A stretch of 63,119 nucleotides of DNA, filler included. It is 9 parts of 9 records of this genome, joined end to end, with 100 filler letters (N's around TTAATTAATTAA, not from the genome) between each part and the next. Parts side by side here need not be neighbours in the genome. Positions count along the whole stretch, not along the records: positions 9,306 to 15,378 come from SRR31156797_84297; positions 15,479 to 26,765 come from SRR31156797_84306; 7 more parts are not named here. One strand, given 5' to 3'. A model generated the notes under the pieces. The model was given only the letters and a program-made list of their open reading frames with translations, had not been told where the DNA came from and ran no database searches. The stretch's first letter is position 1, and each line of letters opens with the position of its first letter. Shown piece after piece: positions 9,340 through 17,031 of the stretch. The position numbers were made by a program, and so were the translations under genes.

Positions 9340-10575
9340 TTAGCTCACTTTGAGCCGCCCCTTTGTTGCTTCAAAATCGGCAATTGTGCCCAAATTGTGC
9401 CCACGCTGTGATTCCAAGTATGCGTGCTGGCGCTCGGCAGCAAGTTTCAAATCAGCATCATTAACGATATTGTAGCGATCAAAAACCGATCTCGTTTTGT
9501 GGCCTGATACCATCATCGCAACCCTTTCTGGAACACCTGACCTGACCATATTTCTAACCGCTGTGCGACGGAAATCATGGAAGATGGGACCTGCAGGAAG
9601 TTTGCCTTGCCATTTCAAAACATATTCGATGCTGATTCGATAACCAAACCCAAGCTTTGCCTTTCGACAAGCCTCGTTCCATGCTTTTCTGAGATTGACA
9701 ATTGAGCCCTTGCCACTTTTGTTGGGAAAGACGAATGGCGTGATCCTGGAAGATTTTTTACGATTTTTCCAAAGCTCATCAAAAAGCTCCTTCAACTCCG
9801 GATCAAGGTATACCGTCCTGGCCTCATTGTTTTTTGTTTCCCCAACTTCCAAAGTCACAATTCCGTTTGTCCGGTCCACATTTTCACTCCATTTCAAAGA
9901 TGCAATTTCCTTATCGCGCCAACCGACCTTGTATCCAAAAGTCACGAATGGCTTCAGGTATTCAGGCAATTCATCTCTTAGGGCAATAAACTGAGCATGC
10001 TCAAAAAAACCTTTTCGGGTATTGTTTTCTTTAAGCATTGGAATATACGGAACTCGGTCAACTTTTGGAGGTGTTTGCTTGGCTCCAAGATTAAGCATAC
10101 GCCGTAGCGCAGACAATTCCCGATTTACCGTCGCGTTAGCAGCCCCCTTTTTTAGCTTCGTCACCCCACATTTAGGGCAATGGTGCTCGCCGTTGAAATG
10201 AAATTTGAATTCGCAACTCTTGCAAGTCCATTTCATCCTTTCGGAAACGTAAGCTTGAATAGCAGGGGTGGTGATACTGGGAACCTTTGAATTTCCAAAT
10301 TCGGAGCTCAAATGTCCAACGCTGAGTTTTGCTCTATCCAGCGACTTTTTGTTGTTTATCTGGTAATCCCTCAGAAAGTCAGCTGCAAGCTCATCAAATG
10401 TAACTTTGTCAAACAAAATGCCAGGCATCTTACCTTGAGCAATTTCACCCTCCTTTCTTTCCAAGAGCTTTTTGGCAACCATCTTCTTGGTGCTTTTAGT
10501 GCTCTCGCGATAAGATTTTCCGTTGCGATAATACTTAATCCACCAAACATTGCCTCTTTTAAACAAAGAACCCAT
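9340..10575 (-). CDS. Tyrosine recombinase/integrase with an internal zinc-ribbon insertion
   Basis: Catalytic R (GWRDKEI), HDFRR, SGHKT, RY; N-terminal arm-binding-like MGSLFKRGNVWWIKYY; SD AGGAGAG before ATG 10575 (frame open to TTG 10665). Confidence 0.95.
   Translation of the reverse strand: MGSLFKRGNVWWIKYYRNGKSYRESTKSTKKMVAKKLLERKEGEIAQGKMPGILFDKVTFDELAADFLRDYQINNKKSLDRAKLSVGHLSSEFGNSKVPSITTPAIQAYVSERMKWTCKSCEFKFHFNGEHHCPKCGVTKLKKGAANATVNRELSALRRMLNLGAKQTPPKVDRVPYIPMLKENNTRKGFFEHAQFIALRDELPEYLKPFVTFGYKVGWRDKEIASLKWSENVDRTNGIVTLEVGETKNNEARTVYLDPELKELFDELWKNRKKSSRITPFVFPNKSGKGSIVNLRKAWNEACRKAKLGFGYRISIEYVLKWQGKLPAGPIFHDFRRTAVRNMVRSGVPERVAMMVSGHKTRSVFDRYNIVNDADLKLAAERQHAYLESQRGHNLGTIADFEATKGRLKVS
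9382..9403. repeat. Tandem 11-bp direct repeat AATTGTGCCCA x2, probable integrase arm-type site
   Basis: Perfect tandem repeat about 60 bp from the tRNA CCA, inside the int 3' end. Confidence 0.6.
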
Positions 10576-10661
10576 ATACTCTCCTATCCGCCTTGACGGG
10601 CACTGATAGGCAAAATGAAAATTCTCACTATTCTTAAAGTCACGCAATAGGAAAATGGTAC

Positions 10662-10865
10662 TCAATATTGGATCTTGTTCTTTTTGATAAATATTTCAAT
10701 GTCTTTACTGTCTACTAAAATTTTTCTGCCAACCTGAATGAAGGGAAGTTTTCCGTCCCATATTTGACTTCTCCAAAACCATTCAGTAACACCGATAAAC
10801 GAGACCAACTCCTTGATGGAGTAAAGTCGTTTGTGGAAAAGTGGATTTGGAGATTCGGTTTGCAT
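10662..10865 (-). CDS. Excisionase / HTH_17-type DNA-binding protein
   Basis: 67 aa, LYSIKEL..FIG.....WR..I..GKLP.IQVGRKILV; directly upstream of int. Confidence 0.85.
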   Translation of the reverse strand: MQTESPNPLFHKRLYSIKELVSFIGVTEWFWRSQIWDGKLPFIQVGRKILVDSKDIEIFIKKNKIQY

Positions 10866-10903
10866 GTAAAGTCCTAGTAAAATAGCTATTTCAAAAACTC
10901 ATC

Positions 10904-11155
10904 CTATCTTTTGTAAACTCTTCCTCGCTTGTCTAAAATCCTGACAATCAATTTTTTGTTTTCAAAATCTACATCAATTATGGCCCTATAACTGCCAATG
11001 CGGAATTTATAGCCGCCGCCTGCAAAATGCTCCAAATACCGGAAAGGATTTTCTTTAATATTTTCAACTTTCTTCCAAATCCTTAGAGCATCCTTCTGAG
11101 GTAATTTCTTCAAACTGTTCGCAGCCTTGTTAGTCCAATGAACTTGATAGTTCAT
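10904..11155 (-). CDS. Type II toxin, RelE/ParE family
   Basis: Y.V.W...A...LKKL....RI..K...NP....YKFRIGSYR.I...RG.VYK pattern. Confidence 0.88.
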   Translation of the reverse strand: MNYQVHWTNKAANSLKKLPQKDALRIWKKVENIKENPFRYLEHFAGGGYKFRIGSYRAIIDVDFENKKLIVRILDKRGRVYKR

Positions 11156-11364
11156 TTTTCCAGAATCATTTGTTTAACCTCTTCAGAAAAAATCAATTCA
11201 GAATCAGGTATTTGCCTTGCTTCAGCTAATTCATTTTTCGCCCAGTCGGTAATTTCACCCTCTGGATCATTTCTATTCGCGGTTAAAATTTCCTTGATTA
11301 GAGCCACATCACGCAAAAGCTGGTTAAATTTTTCTGCTTCGACAGTTATTTCTTCAGTTGCCAT
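11152..11364 (-). CDS. Putative antitoxin (acidic, 70 aa)
   Basis: Small acidic ORF with ATGA overlap onto the relE-like gene. Confidence 0.75.
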   Translation of the reverse strand: MATEEITVEAEKFNQLLRDVALIKEILTANRNDPEGEITDWAKNELAEARQIPDSELIFSEEVKQMILEK

Positions 11365-11426
11365 AACCTATTTAACCTACTAACATTTAAATAATTATCG
11401 AGAGCCTCATGTTTTAGGTAATTTAT

Positions 11427-12212
11427 TCACCTCACGTTCCGAACATTTACAACATCTGCTCCCATGTCATGAAAATAATTCTCCCAAAATGATAAATGAC
11501 GTTTTCCCTGAATCCTGCCCAATTTGTCCCGAAGCAAATACACAATCTTGATGTCTACAGAATTCAGACTGGTAGCGATTTCGTATGAATATGATCTTTT
11601 GGAAAAATAATTGTATTCAACCGAATTTTTATAATGGGAATATTCAGGAGTATTGTGCATCATGTCAGATATGATGATAAGTGTCCTATTTTCAATGGTG
11701 TCATTAAAATCATCTCTGAGAGACAATTCCCTGATCATTTCTAAAATAGGCGACTTAGAGCCCGTGCTGTCAGAGAGCATGTTTTTCATGTTTTCTTCAA
11801 GAGGCTCGGAAAAAAACTCGTCGAAACGCATCTGGATTTTTCTTGGGTTTTGATAAAGCTCATTTGCATCTTTTCCAGATCCAGGATTACATTTTGAAAA
11901 TATAGGATCAGGAGTCATGTATGTATTTTCAGTTAGCGTAAAAATGGAAAGCTTTTCAGAGGTGTCCAAAACATCCTTTTCCATGTTGATATAATTCGGT
12001 ATAAATTTTTGTTGGTTAGCACTCAGCGAATCCGTTTTATCTAATACAATAATTGTGTGTGCCGAAATTTCGTCCTGGCACAAAGTGTCAGGATCATACG
12101 GCTTTTCTTTTAATGTAAATGCGGACGTTACGAGTGCGCCGAAAACCAAGAAGCAAACTCCAATGATAATGTAGCCAACAACAGTCTTTTTTTCTTTGTT
12201 TAATGTTTTCAT
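11427..12212 (-). CDS. Membrane-anchored vWA-like hypothetical protein
   Basis: N-terminal TM helix; MIDAS-like IIVLDKTDS, SPI, LIIISDM. Confidence 0.7.
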   Translation of the reverse strand: MKTLNKEKKTVVGYIIIGVCFLVFGALVTSAFTLKEKPYDPDTLCQDEISAHTIIVLDKTDSLSANQQKFIPNYINMEKDVLDTSEKLSIFTLTENTYMTPDPIFSKCNPGSGKDANELYQNPRKIQMRFDEFFSEPLEENMKNMLSDSTGSKSPILEMIRELSLRDDFNDTIENRTLIIISDMMHNTPEYSHYKNSVEYNYFSKRSYSYEIATSLNSVDIKIVYLLRDKLGRIQGKRHLSFWENYFHDMGADVVNVRNVR

Positions 12213-12232
12213 TTTCTCCCTCCGTATAAGGT

Positions 12233-13573
12233 TTACTTGGTTTTTACGAAAAACTGTTTTACATCCTCCAAGGCTTTCTCGTTGGTTTTCCTTAGGCTAT
12301 CACTGAGTTTCGACTCCTCATCTCTTTGGATTTTGTTGAACTGAGATTTTGCTTTATTCCATATTGTTTTTTCTTCTGACAAATCAGGTTCAAGTAGGTA
12401 TTTGCTGAAGGAATGATTGTTTGAAAAATAGGCGGGAGGCTTGCTTGTTCTGACTCGCACATTCGCATTCCGGTATTCCCACAATGCGTTATTGCATGTG
12501 TTTTCAGAGGCCTTTACAAGTTTTTCAAATTTCGAAATGATCTCCTCGCTTTGAAAGATTGTGTCCTTGTAATTAACAAGGCTTTGTTTGGCATTTTGAA
12601 CAGAGGCTGAGGCTTGTCTGCCATGGTCATCAATAATGTTATTGATGGATTTCATTGCCTCAATTCTTTTCCCAGTGTGATTCGAGGCGTTTTGGAGTTT
12701 TCGATGAACTTCTCCAAAACCAGGATAGACGTCATCAGATCTGTAGCCTTTAATTAAGGCAACAATCACAAAGAGCATTCCGATGATCAGCAAATTCCAA
12801 GCTTCAAAATTTATCCCAAATGGATCTTCAATTAGATGAGGAATGGTAGCAGCCGCTGCTGTCAATGGATCATCTTCAAGTAGGGTCCTGTAATGGGCCG
12901 CCCCAAGATTGAAGATAAAAATGAATAGGATATAAGAAGTTGTGGCAATTTTTGCTCTGGATTTTTTCTTCGAATCGACATGATTTTTAAAGGGAATAAC
13001 ATAAATACCGATAAGCAAGGCCGAGCCGATATTTGATATGGAGATAAAAAGGGCTTGAAATAATCCACCAAGAAGACCGAGATCACTTGCACTTGCAAAG
13101 AAAAAACTGTTCACAATTGATTCGATTAAGACTGCCAGAATAATAAATGCCCAGTGCAATACCTGTGAATCAGGGTAAGAGGCCTCTCTTTTTAGTTTGT
13201 TTTGTGTTGTGAAGTAATTATAATCGCGTAGTGCAGCGCTTTCTTCTTGTTTTGCCTTATTTAAAATTTCATGTAGCTGCGCCTTCAGGCGAACAATTTT
13301 ATTTTTAGCTGACTCAGCTATTTGATTTAGAGAGAAGCCTTCAACGTCTTTTAATATTAGACTCCGAGTAGCATCTAATCTATTCAAGTCTTCTAAGGCC
13401 GAAAGGCGAGATTCCATTATTTCGTTAGACATAATATCGACAACGTTTTGTTGGTAAATGTCTAACTCGGTATCATTTGTTTTTGGACATTCATTCATTG
13501 CCTGATTTGCCGCATTTTCAGACAACTTCAGTTCCTCCTGAATCGATCTTGCGTCGAGCGCAATAGAAGTCAT
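12233..13573 (-). CDS. Hypothetical 4-TM membrane protein with N- and C-terminal coiled coils
   Basis: Four hydrophobic segments at about aa 138-275 flanked by helical charged regions; SD GGGAGG. Confidence 0.8.
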   Translation of the reverse strand: MTSIALDARSIQEELKLSENAANQAMNECPKTNDTELDIYQQNVVDIMSNEIMESRLSALEDLNRLDATRSLILKDVEGFSLNQIAESAKNKIVRLKAQLHEILNKAKQEESAALRDYNYFTTQNKLKREASYPDSQVLHWAFIILAVLIESIVNSFFFASASDLGLLGGLFQALFISISNIGSALLIGIYVIPFKNHVDSKKKSRAKIATTSYILFIFIFNLGAAHYRTLLEDDPLTAAAATIPHLIEDPFGINFEAWNLLIIGMLFVIVALIKGYRSDDVYPGFGEVHRKLQNASNHTGKRIEAMKSINNIIDDHGRQASASVQNAKQSLVNYKDTIFQSEEIISKFEKLVKASENTCNNALWEYRNANVRVRTSKPPAYFSNNHSFSKYLLEPDLSEEKTIWNKAKSQFNKIQRDEESKLSDSLRKTNEKALEDVKQFFVKTK

Positions 13574-13588
13574 GGTATACCTCCCAAT

Positions 13589-15378
13589 TCAAATTAGCTT
13601 TTCTGGAAAATTTAATAGTTCGTGGACAACACACGTTTTTACTTTACTGATAGACTTAATTTTTTTGCTTAATTCTTTGTCAAGTTTGGTTTTGGTCTTT
13701 TTGTCAGGTGTCGCAATGATTAAAATATCACAACTGCCTATGTCCTTTTGAACATTCAAATATTCAGTCTTGATCGTTGTGCAACAGATCTCTATCCCGA
13801 TCTTTAAATCCCTAAATTTTCCAAACAAATCGATTCTTTTCCCTTGGATATTTTTCTCAATTTCCAATTCAGAAAATCCTTTCTCTGGCAAATGCTTTTT
13901 CAAATACCGTTGAAGGAAAAAATGCATTGGTCCAGTTCCACCTGGTTGCTTTGGTGGAATTTTACTTATGGACTCATAGCCCTTAGGATTAGTGAGAACA
14001 TAGAATTTCGATGTTTTTCCCCTGCCGCCTGCAAGATTTAATCGGACAACCTCGACTAATTGCTCACTCTCAATGTATTTGAAAATTTTGTTTGACGAAG
14101 ATGCACTGAGTCCAAAGTCATTAGCTCTCATAGTAGAGGCAACATCAAACCTGTTAAAAATGTCCAAAAGCATGTCTTTGGATTTTCCAAACATTTGGTC
14201 CGTTTTGGATTGTGATTCTTTTTTGTCAGTATACTCAGGTATACTTTTAGAAATTTCCAAGAAAGGAAGGTCTGATTCAGTTGCGTGTTTTACTGCTCCC
14301 AATAATTTTTTGACCCTTTCATCTGTGGCGTTTTCTTCATCAATCTTTCTATCCGAAAAATTTTCTGGCTTTACAAAAGGGAATTTGATTAATTGTGGGA
14401 AGGGATATCTGCCGCCAAGTCTTATTATGCCTTGGCCGACATCTAAGAAATTAACAACTTGGGCCTGTTCAGAATCTAGCCCTAATACACTGATCATCTC
14501 TCGTCGATCCTTTTGACCAACCTGGTTCATCCCAATAATTGTATAGGTATTGCTTTTTACAACGTTATCAATGGTGGTAATACATTGGTCGGCAAGTACT
14601 ATGGCTTCACCGTATTCTCGCAATCTACGAATACAGCTAAGAATATAGGACTCGCGACCGATGCCTCCGCTTGCACCGACAACATGAGCGGCTTCATCTA
14701 AGAAAAAAACATGACGAAGCTTACCAAAGGACATGGGGCGGGCTTCTCGGTAGGAGGCTATTGCTGCTAAGATAAGAGAAATCAGCCAGTATTGGATTTC
14801 TGCAGATTTTATTCCAACTAATTCAATGCAGACGGGATATTTCAACAAATGATCGATTGGTATACCTTCATGGACATTGATCATTTTGTCTAAGGTGATA
14901 CAGACCGCTTTCAATTTGCTGTGTATACCGTTGATATAGCCTCGCTCATTAATTGGAATTTTTGTTTTTAATCTGGCTTCCATAGTGCGAATGAGATCAT
15001 GCATTGTGGGAAACTTTGAAGTTTCATTAGTTTTTCCTTTCTGAAAAAAATGATTTTGAACAAATTCTGTTAAATAAAGTTTCGATGCGGTTCTAAGTCC
15101 AAATAGTTCCGTTGTGATTTCACTAAAAACCATCAGCCATTCTTTTAGGGGTACGCCTTTCGGAGGCTGCAGTGGATTAAATGAGAAGTCTTTGCTCCAC
15201 CTCAAAATCATAAGATCCTTCATATTGGGCTTTAAAAATCTGGAACCAAGTTTTGCAGTATCAAAAATAAGGAATGGAATTCCGAGACGATTGAGCTCCA
15301 GTTGCAAAACTCTTAGAAAGTTTGATTTACCTGAACCTGAAGAGCCGCAAATCAATAAATGCCGAACAAGCTCTTTTA
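13589..15378 (-). CDS. HerA/VirD4-like (DUF87-type) ATPase with C-terminal wHTH and PD-(D/E)xK-like region (5' truncated)
   Basis: RHLLICGSSGSGKS, FFLDEAAH, LREYGEAIVLADQ; tail IEK...RIDL...IGIEI. Confidence 0.82.
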
Positions 15379-15478
15379 NNNNNNNNNNNNNNNNNNNNNN
15401 NNNNNNNNNNNNNNNNNNNNNNTTAATTAATTAANNNNNNNNNNNNNNNNNNNNNNNNNNNNNNNNNNNNNNNNNNNN
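15379..15478. other. Artificial contig spacer
   Basis: N44-TTAATTAATTAA-N44. Confidence 0.98.
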
Positions 15479-15523
15479 CCTACTGATTACGAATCAGTTG
15501 CTCTACCACTGAGCTAAGGCGGC
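15479..15523 (-). tRNA. tRNA-Thr(CGT), 5' portion (truncated by contig edge)
   Basis: Reverse complement GCCGCCTTAGCTCAGTGGTAGAGCA-ACTGA-TTCGTAA-TCAGT-AGG: D-arm and anticodon arm with CGT. Confidence 0.9.
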
Positions 15524-15597
15524 ACCGTGAGGCGCCCTTTACTACAGCGCCAGCCCCCCGCCGTCAACGATGCGAAGGGCCGAAATCAAGGCCCGGT

Positions 15598-17031
15598 TCA
15601 CGACCCGGGCGGGGTTTCCGTGTCGCTTTTGGCAGGCGCGATGGCCGGCAATTTTCCGCTTTCGCCCCCGTCCGCTGCGTTGGCGGCAATCGCCGCCGGT
15701 TCCGTTGTCTTGGCGGGCTCCAACAGGCGCACCACATGCGGCGGTGTCCGCCAGTCGAAGCTGGCAAAGGCGTTGCAGTTCCCGCAAAGGATTTCCCATG
15801 CGGAAAGGCTGTTGCCGCATTCTCCGCAAACCCAGGCCGGATCCGGATCGGCCAACGAGGCCCGCATCAGCCAGTTTCGGGCGCCGTCGGTATCGTTGCG
15901 TTCCGATTCCTCAAGCTCCGCCATCATCCGGCAAGCCCGAGCCGGCGGATTGTCGCCGCCGGCGATGCCCAGATGATGCCGCGCTTCGCCCCAAAGCTTC
16001 GCTTCCAGGGAAACTTCGGCCACGATCAGATGGCTTTCCCGATGGTCCGGGTTGGCCCGAGCCAGCCGCTCGGCCGCCTTGACGCGATCCAACGCGCTGT
16101 CGGCCCCTTTCGCCCGCCAATAGGGATCGGCCAGATCCGGATGCGGATTGATCGACCACGCCCGTTCGATGATTGTCGCGGCCCGTCCGCGACGGCCCGC
16201 TATGAGATTTTCCTCGGCCAACAGAGCGGCCGCAGGGACAAATCCGGGATCGCGATCGTTGGCGGCTTTCAGCAGCTTGTTCTTCTTTGCGCTGTCGCCC
16301 GCCGCCACCGCTTCGATGCTTAGCTGATAGTCGAGGACGACCAGACGATGAGCCGCTTTTTTCGCCGGAACCAACTTGTTCTTTATCATTTGCTCCAACG
16401 TTGTCCGGGCATCGGCCCAGGCGCCGCCATGGACCTGAAGATCCAGCAGGTTGTTGGATACCCAATCGCTTTTCGGCCGCAACCTGTAGGCCCGGCCGGC
16501 CAATTCCAGCGCCGATTTCCGATTTCCCGTTTTCAGCGCCTGGGTCAACAGGCCGCGAACGCCCAGGAATTCCGTCTCCGGCTTTGCCAGCATGGCGCCG
16601 AAGAATTTCCCGGCCGCACCCTCGTCGCCGGACAATTGCGAAGCCTGCGCCGACAGCAGCATGGTCAGGGGCGGATCGTCGAGCAGCCCGTCTGCCCGGC
16701 GCGCCTGTTTCCGGGCTTCGGCGGTATCGCCTGCGGCCACCGCCACCATTCCCCGGGTCAGGGCTAGGTAACCGCGGCGTTGGCGGATATCGTGGCGCGA
16801 ACCGGCGACCTGGCCGGGAACCCGGCGAAGAAACAACCAGAACCGGTAGACGATGGCAACGGCGCCGGACAGAACCGCCACCGCCGCGGCAAGCACGGCG
16901 AACGACGTGTCGATCCGCCAGCCCCGCCATTCCAGGCTGACGTCGCCGGGACTATCGGCCAGCCAGGCGGCAACGACCGCCAGAACAGCCAGGAAAAAGA
17001 TGTACCCCATTGTGCGAAGCATGGCGCTCAC
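15598..17031 (-). CDS. hemY: HemY-family membrane TPR protein (alphaproteobacterial)
   Basis: WLAD.PG.V...W.G..I.TS N-terminus, TPR-like repeats, C-terminal DPAWVC..CG...C..C; downstream of hemC-hemD. Confidence 0.88.
   Translation of the reverse strand: MSAMLRTMGYIFFLAVLAVVAAWLADSPGDVSLEWRGWRIDTSFAVLAAAVAVLSGAVAIVYRFWLFLRRVPGQVAGSRHDIRQRRGYLALTRGMVAVAAGDTAEARKQARRADGLLDDPPLTMLLSAQASQLSGDEGAAGKFFGAMLAKPETEFLGVRGLLTQALKTGNRKSALELAGRAYRLRPKSDWVSNNLLDLQVHGGAWADARTTLEQMIKNKLVPAKKAAHRLVVLDYQLSIEAVAAGDSAKKNKLLKAANDRDPGFVPAAALLAEENLIAGRRGRAATIIERAWSINPHPDLADPYWRAKGADSALDRVKAAERLARANPDHRESHLIVAEVSLEAKLWGEARHHLGIAGGDNPPARACRMMAELEESERNDTDGARNWLMRASLADPDPAWVCGECGNSLSAWEILCGNCNAFASFDWRTPPHVVRLLEPAKTTEPAAIAANAADGGESGKLPAIAPAKSDTETPPGS

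Larger units (their letters stand above)
9306..15378. mobile_element. Integrative element / genomic island at tRNA-Arg (partial; distal end not in contig)
   Basis: tRNA 3' end abutting tyrosine integrase, excisionase, TA pair and cargo; visibly AT-rich. Confidence 0.85.

Noticed and set aside
9306-15523. tRNA fragments at 9306 and 15479 as attL/attR of one island
   Set aside because: Different tRNAs (Arg vs Thr), opposite strands, separate contigs.
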